A DNA stretch of 43,840 nucleotides. Source: a bacterium (GTDB taxonomy: Bacteria; Cyanobacteriota; Vampirovibrionia; Gastranaerophilales; Gastranaerophilaceae). Positions 18,369 to 28,223 of the stretch are shown here, one piece after another (position 1 is the first letter of the stretch; each line of letters begins with the position of its first letter). Under the pieces are notes generated by a model, which worked only from the letters and a program-made list of their open reading frames with translations, made no database searches and had not been told where the DNA came from. The DNA lies in assembly GCA_017472545.1 (NCBI GenBank), contig JAFUPZ010000060.1, positions 1-43,840 of the forward strand. Reading direction: 5' to 3'. A program made the translations under genes and the position numbers.

Positions 18369-18917
18369 CTAAAGATTGAATAAATCATACTCATAACCGA
18401 GTTTTAAAGCTTCAATATTTTTAGGTATTAAGTTCTTACGATGCGCTGGAATCACGTTATTCAAAGCTTTTTCCAAAATTTCAAGAGAAAATAATCCACT
18501 AACTTTTGATAAAATTCCTAATGCAAGAATATTAGACATTTTTATATTTTCTAACTTTTCCTGCGCCATTTGGGTGATAGGAACAAATACATAATTTATA
18601 TCATCCCTAGTTTTTTTCACATTTGCCAAAGATGAATTTACAATAATTGAACCACCTTTTCTCACCCAAGAAGTAAATTTATCAAAAGATGCTTGGTTAA
18701 GAACAATGATATAGTCAGCTTTGGATTTTTGTACAGCACTAACTTCATCATCAGACATTACAACAGTACAATTAACAGTACCGCCGCGCATTTCTGCACC
18801 ATAAGAAGGATACCAAGTAACTTTCTTATCATCAATCATAAATGCATTAGCTAACACTTCACCTGCAAGCAATACACCCTGTCCGCCAAATCCTGCAATT
18901 ATAAAATCTTTTTCCAT
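18369..18917 (-). CDS. 2-oxoacid:ferredoxin oxidoreductase, gamma subunit
   Basis: 182 aa. IIAGFGGQGVLLAGEVLA and YPSYGAEMRGG are typical of the gamma subunit. Confidence 0.85.
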   Translation of the reverse strand: MEKDFIIAGFGGQGVLLAGEVLANAFMIDDKKVTWYPSYGAEMRGGTVNCTVVMSDDEVSAVQKSKADYIIVLNQASFDKFTSWVRKGGSIIVNSSLANVKKTRDDINYVFVPITQMAQEKLENIKMSNILALGILSKVSGLFSLEILEKALNNVIPAHRKNLIPKNIEALKLGYEYDLFNL

Positions 18918-18928
18918 CTAAATAATCC

Positions 18929-19684
18929 TTACTTAATATCCGCCGTAACGTCTTTATAAACACCAGGTTTAAACGTTTGCATCATTTCATCTCTAACTCT
19001 ATCATGTGCCTGAGCAGGGGACATTCTCCAGTTAGTTGGACAACCTGCCAATATCTCAACAAACCCCAATCCTAAACCTTGCAATTGAACCTCAAAAGCT
19101 TTTTTGATAGCTTGTTTAGCTTTTCTAATATTTGGGACAGAGTCCAATGAAACTCTTGCACTATAAGCTACACCATCGCACAAAGCCATATGCTCTGCCA
19201 TTTTTATTGGGTAACCATAATATTCAGGATTACGACCAGTAGGAGAAGTTGTAGTAACTTGTCCCATCATAGTTGTTGGTCCTAATTGTCCACCTGTCAT
19301 ACCAAAAGTTGTGTTATTGATACATATTGAAGAAATTTTTTCACCTCTCAAACCTGCATGCATACTTTCTGCCCAGCCAATAGAAGCAAAATCGCCATCC
19401 CCTTGATACGTAAAAACAAACTTATCAGGTTTTGCACGTTTAATCCCTGTTGCAACAGCCATAGCTCTACCGTGAGGAGATTCTAGAGCGTCAATATTAA
19501 GAAAATCATAAATTGTAACAGAACAACCAATCGCAGCTGCCACAATAGCATTTTCCCTAATTCCTAATTCATCTATTACTTCAGCAACAAGCCTTACTGC
19601 AACTCCATGGTCACAACCTGGACAGAAGGTATATTTTACATTTTTCTTAAATGAATCTGCAATTTTAAAAACTTGAGTTGTCAT
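18929..19684 (-). CDS. 2-oxoacid:ferredoxin oxidoreductase, beta (TPP-binding) subunit
   Basis: 251 aa with FCPGCDHG and the TPP-binding GDGD motif (TYQGDGDFASIG). Confidence 0.9.
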   Translation of the reverse strand: MTTQVFKIADSFKKNVKYTFCPGCDHGVAVRLVAEVIDELGIRENAIVAAAIGCSVTIYDFLNIDALESPHGRAMAVATGIKRAKPDKFVFTYQGDGDFASIGWAESMHAGLRGEKISSICINNTTFGMTGGQLGPTTMMGQVTTTSPTGRNPEYYGYPIKMAEHMALCDGVAYSARVSLDSVPNIRKAKQAIKKAFEVQLQGLGLGFVEILAGCPTNWRMSPAQAHDRVRDEMMQTFKPGVYKDVTADIK

Positions 19685-20751
19685 TATAATAAACCCTCCA
19701 CTTGAGCTGCAATATCTTCTGGGTCAGGCGGAGCACCAACACCTTTATGAACAAGCTCTACAGGAACCAAACCATTTACTGCTAGTTTCACATCATCAAT
19801 CATTTGTCCCATATTAACTTCTACAGACACAAACATTTTTACACGTTTTGCCAATTCTGCTAATCTCTTACTTGGGAATGGGAATAACGTAATTGGTCGG
19901 AAAGTTCCAACTTTCAAACCTTTAGCCCTTAATAATTTTGCTGCAGTATTTACATTACGGGAAGTCGAACCAAAACTTACAAGTACAACATCAGCATCAT
20001 CAGTATCATTTTCTTCCCAAAGAGTTTCGTTTTCCTCAATAGCTTTATATTTTTCAAATAGCTTTTCTAAAAACTCACATCTGTCTTCTGCCAAAGGCCC
20101 ATAAGATCTAATAATTCTAGGTTCTCTACCTTTAGCTCCAGACAATGCCCAATCAGAATTTTCAATTTCTGAATATGGATAAGGCTTAAATTCAACAGGT
20201 TCCATCATTTGTCCTAACAAACCATCAGCCAATAAAATAGTTGGGTTTTTGTACTTATGAGCTAAGTAGAAAGCTTTATACGTTAAATCTGCACATTCTT
20301 GAACAGTTGAAGGTGCAAGAACTATTGTTCTATAGTCCCCATTTCCGCCACCTTTGGTAGATTGATAATAATCACCTTGAGATGGGTAAATATTACCTAA
20401 ACCAGGACCACCTCTCATAACACTAACCAAAACTACAGGTAATTCATCTGTACAAGCATACGAAATACCTTCCTGCATAAGAGATACTGCGCAAGAAGAT
20501 GAAGATGTCATGGCTTTTGCGCCTGTTGAACAAGCACCGATAACCATATTTATCGCAGCTAATTCACTTTCAGCAGAAACATACGCTCTTCCTAGTTCTT
20601 GCATTTTTCCACTTAAATATTCACCAATTTCAGATTGAGGAGTAATTGGGTAACCGAAATAACATTCACAACCTGCCAATACAGCAGCCTGAGCAATCGC
20701 ATAATTACCCTTCATTAAAACTTTTTTACCGGTTAAACATTCAACTACCAT
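19684..20751 (-). CDS. 2-oxoacid:ferredoxin oxidoreductase, alpha subunit
   Basis: 355 aa. N-terminus MKGNYAIAQAAVLAGCECYFGYPITPQSEI is typical of the Por/Kor/Vor alpha subunit. Confidence 0.9.
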   Translation of the reverse strand: MVVECLTGKKVLMKGNYAIAQAAVLAGCECYFGYPITPQSEIGEYLSGKMQELGRAYVSAESELAAINMVIGACSTGAKAMTSSSSCAVSLMQEGISYACTDELPVVLVSVMRGGPGLGNIYPSQGDYYQSTKGGGNGDYRTIVLAPSTVQECADLTYKAFYLAHKYKNPTILLADGLLGQMMEPVEFKPYPYSEIENSDWALSGAKGREPRIIRSYGPLAEDRCEFLEKLFEKYKAIEENETLWEENDTDDADVVLVSFGSTSRNVNTAAKLLRAKGLKVGTFRPITLFPFPSKRLAELAKRVKMFVSVEVNMGQMIDDVKLAVNGLVPVELVHKGVGAPPDPEDIAAQVEGLL

Positions 20752-20753
20752 AA

Positions 20754-20966
20754 TTAACCTCTATAAACTTCTGTAATAGCTAAATCTGGACATCTTGTCG
20801 CACACATTGCACATCCTAAACACTCATTATTTGGATCACAGAATTCAACAACTCGATTACCTAAATTATTAGTTTTTTCACTAACCCTGATCAACTTTTT
20901 AGGGCACTCTTTTACACACAAATAACAAGCTTTACACCTGTTTTCATTAATTACAATGTGACTCAT
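20754..20966 (-). CDS. 2-oxoacid:ferredoxin oxidoreductase, delta subunit (4Fe-4S ferredoxin)
   Basis: 70 aa with Cys motifs characteristic of a 2x[4Fe-4S] ferredoxin (CKACYLCVKECP and CLGCAMCATRCP). Confidence 0.85.
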   Translation of the reverse strand: MSHIVINENRCKACYLCVKECPKKLIRVSEKTNNLGNRVVEFCDPNNECLGCAMCATRCPDLAITEVYRG

Positions 20967-21127
20967 TATATCCCTCGTCTTAATATTCCCTCACCTAAAT
21001 AATACTCCAAAAAAATTTATTCTTGTAGAAATCTTAACATTTGTAATAAAAAAAAGAAATTAAATTTACTAAAATCTATATGCTTGGTAAAATTATTGTG
21101 TAGGGATATATTTTTAAGGATAGAAGA

Positions 21128-24100
21128 ATGGCTCAAGAATTAGAACAAATTGTTGAATTGTTAAGGGAGATGACTAGAGCTAACAACAATAATACCGAGA
21201 GTTTTGACAAATTGTTAGCTAGTATAAATAGTAAGTTAGAGTTGATGGATAAAAATGCCGCAACTGCTGATTTGATTAGAGCATACTTAGGCGAATTGGC
21301 AAAAGCCACTGACGATAAGTATTCTAAAACAATGGACAGACTTACTGACATTGAAAAAGCGTTAAAAGCAATCTTTAACGACCAAGAAGAGCATGTTCAT
21401 AACAAAGATTTTAATGAACTTTTTGAAGTTTTTACAACTAACTTAAATGGATTCTACTCAGAAGCAAGACAACAAAAGGCATTGATTGCAGGTATTGAAA
21501 CTCGTCTTGCTGACATTTCTAATGACAAATCCGATAAAGAAGACATCCTTCGCACAATCACATTACTAAGAAACGATTTTGAAAACCTAAACCATGGTTA
21601 CAAAAGTACTATTGACAGCGTAAATTCTGACCTTAAATCAATCCTTACAAACCTAATCAAATTAGACCAATCTGCTGTCAACACTCAAATAAAAGAACAA
21701 GTAGAAATTATGTACAAAGCGGTAAGCGATATTGTTAACTACTTGAATTCTATCGACAAAAGAGATGCGAACTTAGAACAATTACTAGCAAATGTAGCTA
21801 CGAATGAAAATCTAAAAATTACACAATCTGTAATTGATTCAATCATTAAGAAATCAGAAGAAATTTCTGAAAAAATTGTCACTCTTGCAAACAAAACAGA
21901 TATTGAAGAACTTCAAGCTGCCGCTAGTTATATGAACAAAAAACTAGATGAAGCAGCTACTAAAGAACATTTTACAGAATTAGCTAACAAAGCTGAATCT
22001 CTAACAACTTCAACTGATGAAATTAAACAAACTCTAGCTAAAGTATCAAAAGATATTGATACCATTCCTGATACTTCTGACCTTGAAAATTCCCTACAAA
22101 ATCTATTCAAAAAGTTAGAAAGTATTTCAAAAGATATAGAAAAAGCTAGTAGTAAAAAAAGTATAACTACGCTTGATACAAAGCTAACAAACCTTACAGA
22201 AGACCTTTTCACAATCAAAAACATTGTTGGAGATCTTAATGAAGTTGTAACCCTAAAAGTTTTAACATCTATCAACGACCTATCTTTTGAAAAAGAATGC
22301 TACGAGATAAAAGATCACGTATCAAAAATGTTAGCAATTCTTCCTCAAAAAGAAGATATAGATAGACTTTTAGAAAATAACGAACTTTCTAAACAAGCTG
22401 TTGAAGATTTAATCAAGAAAACGGATATTCTTGCAGATAGACTTGATACTCTGCCAACACATGATGATATGGCAGCTCTTAACAGCAATCAACTTAGCTT
22501 GGTCGAAAACCTTCAAGCTGTAGCAAACAAAGATGACATAGAAAATCTTTCCGCAAAAGCTGATGAAATCGAAGAAATGATAGACAAACTTAATTTTGAT
22601 AATGAGTTTGGAAACATCTATGACAAAACTGCGTCAATTGAGAATTGGTTAATTTCTTCAAAAGTAAAAGAAAACACTGAAGAAATCGCTTCAAAAATTG
22701 GCGATAAAGCTGAACAAAAAGACATTTTAGCAATTTTACAAACCGTAGAAAATATCGTTAACGAAATTGACGAATTGTCTAAAAATGTTGATGTAAAAAA
22801 AGTCAACAGAACAGTTGCTGAAGTTTACCAAATGATTGAAGAGTTGAAAAACGACTTCATTAACACAACTGAAATGCATAACGATTCAGTAATCGTCAAC
22901 CTTTCTGAGTTACAAAAATCTATTCAAAACATCGTAACTGGAGATGAATTTGATGATTTTGTAGAAGACCTAAAAGCCTTTGTTGTGAATACCGTAAGCG
23001 ATACTGAAGATTACAAACAAAAATTCTCAGATATTAAAGAACTTCAAGAAAAGATCTTGGAAAAACTAGACGAAATCAACACATCTTCAATCGAAGAAGC
23101 TATAAATCGCTCTGCATTAAACATTGAAGAAAAACTTGATTCTATCTCAGATTATTTAACAAATGTCAACAAAACCAACGCTGAAGACATTAAAAATTCA
23201 ATAGCAGAAATCAAAGAAATTCTTGAAAATAAAAAATCTAACTTCAAAGATTTTGAAAAAGAAAATCTTGAAACTGTTCGAACTATTGAAAATTACTTAA
23301 AAGAAATAAAAGTGATTCTTGATACATCTGACAAGGACCTAAGCGAAGATGTTAAAGCGAAACTTGAAGAAATTGAAGCAAGCCTAAAATCTTATCAAAA
23401 TTCAAACGAAAATGCGATTACTGCTGTAATCGAAAAATTAAGTGAATACCAAGCTAAAATAGATATTCAAGAACCTGCACCTCAAGTTGATTTAACTCCA
23501 ACAATGTCTGAAATTGCAGATATTAAAGAAAAAATTGTTGCCTTGGGTGAATCATTCAACTCTATCAATTTTGAAAACAAAGAAGAGGCTGATAACTCAG
23601 CGTTTGTATCTGAAATTCTTAACGAACTTGGTGCAAATTTAGAAGAACTTGCAGGAAATATTGATGAAAAACTTCAACACGGATTTGCTTATAATGCAGA
23701 ACTTGTTGAAGAAAAAACTGCAGTTGTAATTGATTTTATCAACGAATTAAGAGAAAACACCTCTAATGATTCAGAATTATATGAAAAATTATCAAGTGCA
23801 AACACTCAACTTGATGATTACAAACAAGAACTTGAGTTTATCACAACAGATATTACAAACTCTTTAGGCGCTCAAACAGAACACTTGTTACAAGAACTTG
23901 AGCCAATTAAAGAAATGCTTTCTCAATTATCACAAAATCCTGATATTGAAAAAGAAAATGTAAAAGAAAACTTATCGGAACTTCATGATTCAGTCTTAGA
24001 TGACCTTGCAGAATGCACTAAGTATTCAAAAAGTACATACGATAAGCTAGAAGAATCCTATGAAAAAATCACACGAGATTTAACCGATACTGAAAACAAC

Positions 24101-25870
24101 TTAAAAGATTTCATCTTGAGTGACATAGATTCAGTTATCATAAAAATCGACAACCTAAGAGAAGACCTTGAAGAAACTCTTAACAGAATAGCTCCTCCAG
24201 AAGCTGATCATATGGCTGAATTCAAGAAATTTGTAGACCAAATTTCTAAATTCAAAGGGGATCCACAAGAAGTAATAAAAGAAGCAACCAAAGAAATTGC
24301 AACTTCCGTATGTGAAACACTAAACCAACATCACGAAGATTTAAAATCTATGCTTGCAGTTTCTATAAATAATGAAGAAATTATTGCAGCAATTGAAGAA
24401 CTTAAAGCTTGCTTCTACGCAAAACTTGGCGATTTGAGCGCAATCAAACACGCTAATGAGGATGCAGATTTTGAAGGACTAGATGATTTCGGTTCAAACC
24501 AATACGAAAAAGCTTTTGAAGCTGATAAAAATGCAGAAATCATTGAAGAATTAAAGGGCGACTTCGAAAAATTCTCAACATTAGTAAAAGAATTATCTGA
24601 AGAAAATACTGAAATTAATGAAGTATTAGAAGCTATTAAAGGAAAAATGGAAACTATAACTATTGCAAAAGTTTCAGATATTGCAGAAGATATAGACTCC
24701 CTTGATGCTTCAGATTCAGACTACGATGCTGATGCAAAATCTGATAAAGACGAAGAAGTTATTGTTGGGGTTGGCAATTTCAATTTCGTAAAAGCTCTTG
24801 AGCTAATGAAATTAGATGTCAAAACTTTACAAGAAAAAGTTGCAAAAATCTTCCCTAAAGAAGAACAAAAAGAAACCTCTACAAAACTTGCATCTATACC
24901 AACAATTCAAGTTAGTGGAAGTAATAATGAAGAAAACACAAAACTTCTAACTGACTTAAACGAAAAAGTAGAACTTCTAACCCAAACAATCAATCCAAAA
25001 GAGTGGTTAGAAGAAATTAAAACATACATTGCTGGAGATGAAATTCACTCAATACTTAATGAAATCAATAGCAAAATTGATATTTTAACACTAAGCGACA
25101 ATTCTGACATTTTGGTAGAAATCAGAAATGTTGTTGCTCAATTAAATGCAGAAGAAGCTTCAGTAACATCAGATCCTGAAATCCAATCAATGCTTGCTCT
25201 TATCAACGACAAAATTGATATTCTTGCAACAAATGATGATTACGAATTAATTGAAGAAGTTAGAGATGCAATCGATAGAATTGATATTGGTGAAGAAACT
25301 GGCAAACTTCTGAATGTAATCAGTGACAAAATTGATATTATTGCAGCTAGTGATAATACTGAAGACATCTTAGACATCAAAGAATCTTTAGAAAGCCTTG
25401 AAGATTTCAAAACTTCATTAACTACAATTGAAGACGTTAAGACTTCATTAAGTTCTATCGAAGATGTTAAAACTTCTATTTCTTCAATTGAAGAACAATT
25501 TGAGTCAGTAAAACATCTATCTGAATCTGACGCAAAAATAACTTCAATGTTAGAAAATTTAAGCAGCAAAATTGATAACATTTCTATAGGTGGCGATTCT
25601 CAAAAAGAATTTGAAGATGTTAAAGCCTTAATTATGGCGCAAACAGATTTTATCGATAATTTAGAAAAAAATGGTAAAACTGAAGCTGTAAAAAAATGCT
25701 TAGAAAAATTAACTCTTGAAGTTAACAACCTAGTTACAGGGGATAATACTAAACAAATTCAAAAATCTATAAAAGAGATGAAAGAATCAATTATGGCGGC
25801 AATTGTAACCATATTTGAACAAGTTTCATTTATAGAAGAATCAGAAGATATTAAAGATTTTGTTGAATAA
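21128..25870 (+). CDS. giant acidic coiled-coil-rich protein (first 1580 codons; the frame continues after a single TAA)
   Basis: A 4.7-kb ORF, Glu/Asp/Lys/Ile/Leu-rich with a heptad-like pattern throughout. No TM segment or enzymatic motif recognised. Carries internal repeat modules near the 3' end. Confidence 0.7.
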   Translation: MAQELEQIVELLREMTRANNNNTESFDKLLASINSKLELMDKNAATADLIRAYLGELAKATDDKYSKTMDRLTDIEKALKAIFNDQEEHVHNKDFNELFEVFTTNLNGFYSEARQQKALIAGIETRLADISNDKSDKEDILRTITLLRNDFENLNHGYKSTIDSVNSDLKSILTNLIKLDQSAVNTQIKEQVEIMYKAVSDIVNYLNSIDKRDANLEQLLANVATNENLKITQSVIDSIIKKSEEISEKIVTLANKTDIEELQAAASYMNKKLDEAATKEHFTELANKAESLTTSTDEIKQTLAKVSKDIDTIPDTSDLENSLQNLFKKLESISKDIEKASSKKSITTLDTKLTNLTEDLFTIKNIVGDLNEVVTLKVLTSINDLSFEKECYEIKDHVSKMLAILPQKEDIDRLLENNELSKQAVEDLIKKTDILADRLDTLPTHDDMAALNSNQLSLVENLQAVANKDDIENLSAKADEIEEMIDKLNFDNEFGNIYDKTASIENWLISSKVKENTEEIASKIGDKAEQKDILAILQTVENIVNEIDELSKNVDVKKVNRTVAEVYQMIEELKNDFINTTEMHNDSVIVNLSELQKSIQNIVTGDEFDDFVEDLKAFVVNTVSDTEDYKQKFSDIKELQEKILEKLDEINTSSIEEAINRSALNIEEKLDSISDYLTNVNKTNAEDIKNSIAEIKEILENKKSNFKDFEKENLETVRTIENYLKEIKVILDTSDKDLSEDVKAKLEEIEASLKSYQNSNENAITAVIEKLSEYQAKIDIQEPAPQVDLTPTMSEIADIKEKIVALGESFNSINFENKEEADNSAFVSEILNELGANLEELAGNIDEKLQHGFAYNAELVEEKTAVVIDFINELRENTSNDSELYEKLSSANTQLDDYKQELEFITTDITNSLGAQTEHLLQELEPIKEMLSQLSQNPDIEKENVKENLSELHDSVLDDLAECTKYSKSTYDKLEESYEKITRDLTDTENNLKDFILSDIDSVIIKIDNLREDLEETLNRIAPPEADHMAEFKKFVDQISKFKGDPQEVIKEATKEIATSVCETLNQHHEDLKSMLAVSINNEEIIAAIEELKACFYAKLGDLSAIKHANEDADFEGLDDFGSNQYEKAFEADKNAEIIEELKGDFEKFSTLVKELSEENTEINEVLEAIKGKMETITIAKVSDIAEDIDSLDASDSDYDADAKSDKDEEVIVGVGNFNFVKALELMKLDVKTLQEKVAKIFPKEEQKETSTKLASIPTIQVSGSNNEENTKLLTDLNEKVELLTQTINPKEWLEEIKTYIAGDEIHSILNEINSKIDILTLSDNSDILVEIRNVVAQLNAEEASVTSDPEIQSMLALINDKIDILATNDDYELIEEVRDAIDRIDIGEETGKLLNVISDKIDIIAASDNTEDILDIKESLESLEDFKTSLTTIEDVKTSLSSIEDVKTSISSIEEQFESVKHLSESDAKITSMLENLSSKIDNISIGGDSQKEFEDVKALIMAQTDFIDNLEKNGKTEAVKKCLEKLTLEVNNLVTGDNTKQIQKSIKEMKESIMAAIVTIFEQVSFIEESEDIKDFVE
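25400..25489 (+). repeat. 3 x 30-bp in-frame tandem repeat inside the coiled-coil gene
   Basis: Encodes EDFKTSLTTI / EDVKTSLSSI / EDVKTSISSI. Confidence 0.7.
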
Positions 25871-25963
25871 AAAACCGACGAAATCAATCAAAACTTAGCA
25901 ACAGTAACAAGTCAATTAAAACAAATCACAAGTACTGAAGATGACTCAGATTATGTATATTCT

Positions 25964-26746
25964 ATGCAAGACATAGAGTCTGATTTGGCAAAATTAAGAC
26001 TTGCGCTAAGCAATCTTCAAGAAGCTGAAGACGAAAATAAAACTCAACAATTAACTTCAATCCTTGAAAACATAAACACAATTGGAGCATCAGTTGCTGA
26101 TATTCAATACTCAATAACAAAAGATGACGAACTTAAAGCTAAATTTGAAAGAGTAACATCTGACATTAACAGTTTAAGCATACTTACAAACCAATTAATT
26201 ATCTCATCTGGCGAAACTTACAATGCACTTAACTCAAGCTTTGAAGGTTTTGGCAAATTGATTACAGACAAATTGGCAACAAAAGTTGATAGAGTAACTA
26301 AATTACTAGAAACCTCACACGCTTCAGACAAAGTGATGAGACAAGCCCTTATTTATATGGGAGAATGGATTGATTCAGCTAGTGAAAGTATGAATAAAAT
26401 ATCTACAAACTCAGAAGAAATCGTTGATATTAAATCTGCAATCAATAGTTTGAAAAAAGAAGTTCCAGAACAAACAGATATTCTAAGCTCTATCGAAGAA
26501 AAATTCGATGAACAACAAGAACGCCTAGCATATTTTGAAAAACAAATTGCTAAACTTGGAGGACTAGAAGATAAATTTGAAGCTCAGCAAGAACGAATTG
26601 ATAGATTAGAAATGTCATTAGAAAAAATATTGTCAGCTGTTGAAGATATTGATGATTCTAAAGTAACAAGAAAAATTGATAAAATTGACAAACAATTGGC
26701 AAAATTAAGTACAAATATCGAAAAACTAGCATCATATGTTGACTAA
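25964..26746 (+). CDS. C-terminal continuation of the coiled-coil ORF (same frame; independent translation doubtful)
   Basis: (25964-21128) is divisible by 3, and the 31 codons at 25871..25963 contain no stop. There is no SD in front of ATG 25964. Composition is the same coiled-coil type. Confidence 0.5.
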   Translation: MQDIESDLAKLRLALSNLQEAEDENKTQQLTSILENINTIGASVADIQYSITKDDELKAKFERVTSDINSLSILTNQLIISSGETYNALNSSFEGFGKLITDKLATKVDRVTKLLETSHASDKVMRQALIYMGEWIDSASESMNKISTNSEEIVDIKSAINSLKKEVPEQTDILSSIEEKFDEQQERLAYFEKQIAKLGGLEDKFEAQQERIDRLEMSLEKILSAVEDIDDSKVTRKIDKIDKQLAKLSTNIEKLASYVD

Positions 26747-28121
26747 TAATTTAATAAAAGAATTAAATAAATCACTAAACAGAACAAACGTATTATCAGA
26801 AATTGAAGAAAGATACGTCTATTCTGTTGATGCATCGAATGACCCACATATCAAAACACAGTTACCCGATGCGGTAGTATTTGTTGAAACAATTGAACAA
26901 GTACAAGAGGTTGTCCGTATTGCAAACAAACATATGACTCCAATCATTTGTAGAGGTGCAGGAACAAACACCGTAGGAGCCTGTGTTCCAACTCACGGCG
27001 GAATAATATTAAACTTTTCTAAAATGAATAAAATTTTGGAAATTAATGCTGAAAATATGACCGCTAGAGTTCAACCTGGCGTAATCGTTGGAGATTTTCA
27101 AAGAGAAGTCGAAAAATTAGGACTTTATTATCCGCCTGATCCATCAAATTTAAAAGTTTCAACAATTGGAGGAAGTATTGCACAAAATTCAGCAGGTGCA
27201 AGATGTTTCAAATATGGTTCTACAAAAGATTACGTCATCGATATGCTTGTAGTTATGGCAGATGGTAAACTTATTAGAACTGGTTCTAATACTATAAAAA
27301 ATGCGACTGGATACAATCTTGGCAGCTTGTTTATCGGCTCTGAAGGAACGCTTGGCATTGTAGTTGAAGCAACAATAAAACTTATAACAAAGCCACAGAT
27401 GTCACAAGTTATAATGGCTTATTTTGACAAAGTTGAGGATTCAATTTCTACAGTTAACAAGATTATAGAAAAACAAATTTGTCCGACTACAATAGATTTT
27501 ATGGATAAAAATGCACTCCTAACAGTTGAAAAATTTTATCCTACAGGTTTGCAATGCAACAAAGAATGCGCATTGATTATTGAAATTGATGGATTTGCAT
27601 CAGTTATCGATGAGCAAAGACAAACTATATGCTCAATATTAAGAGAAAATTGTGCTTCTAGCATTCAGTATTCTAGAAACAAAGAAGAAGCTGATAACAT
27701 TTGGTCTGCAAGACGTTCATCTATGGCTGCCTGCACAAAACTAAAACCTAACGTTACAACAGATGATGTCATTGTACCTAGAGAAAATTTAGCAAAATTA
27801 GTAACAGGGATACAAGAAATTTGTTCACGTCATAAACTTGATATTTGTATGGTTGGACACGTTGGAGATGGCAGCGTACATCCTCAAATCCCTATTGATT
27901 ACAATGATGATGACGAATATAGAAGATATAAAATTGCCAAATCTGAAATTTATCAATTAACAATAAAACTTGGCGGAACTTTATCAGGAGAACACGGAAT
28001 TGGACTTGAGAAAAAGGCTCATATCTCAAAAGTAGTGGAAAGCGGCGCTCTAGATTATATGCGTCAGATAAAAAAAATCTTTGACCCAAACAACATCCTA
28101 AATCCATATAAAATATTCTAA
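26736..28121 (+). CDS. FAD-binding oxidase (GlcD / D-lactate dehydrogenase family)
   Basis: 461 aa. FAD-binding PCMH-type region (RGAGTNTVGACVP, GGSIAQNSAGARCFKYG, GSEGTLGIVVEATIKL) and a C-terminal GEHGIGLEKK motif. The start overlaps the preceding ORF by 11 nt. Confidence 0.85.
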   Translation: MLTNNLIKELNKSLNRTNVLSEIEERYVYSVDASNDPHIKTQLPDAVVFVETIEQVQEVVRIANKHMTPIICRGAGTNTVGACVPTHGGIILNFSKMNKILEINAENMTARVQPGVIVGDFQREVEKLGLYYPPDPSNLKVSTIGGSIAQNSAGARCFKYGSTKDYVIDMLVVMADGKLIRTGSNTIKNATGYNLGSLFIGSEGTLGIVVEATIKLITKPQMSQVIMAYFDKVEDSISTVNKIIEKQICPTTIDFMDKNALLTVEKFYPTGLQCNKECALIIEIDGFASVIDEQRQTICSILRENCASSIQYSRNKEEADNIWSARRSSMAACTKLKPNVTTDDVIVPRENLAKLVTGIQEICSRHKLDICMVGHVGDGSVHPQIPIDYNDDDEYRRYKIAKSEIYQLTIKLGGTLSGEHGIGLEKKAHISKVVESGALDYMRQIKKIFDPNNILNPYKIF

Positions 28122-28223
28122 TATTGTCTTAGACTTCCAGATTTTGCAGTTCTTGAAGTGTTATAATATTTACCACCATAAGCTGCTCTTTGTTGTGGTG
28201 TCATTTGTTTTAAGATTTTACGA

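Noticed and set aside
25868-25870. In-frame TAA as evidence of stop-codon reassignment
   Set aside because: TAA terminates many well-conserved genes here at the expected positions (e.g. frr, pyrH, cdsA, gltX), so a genome-wide recoding is not supported.
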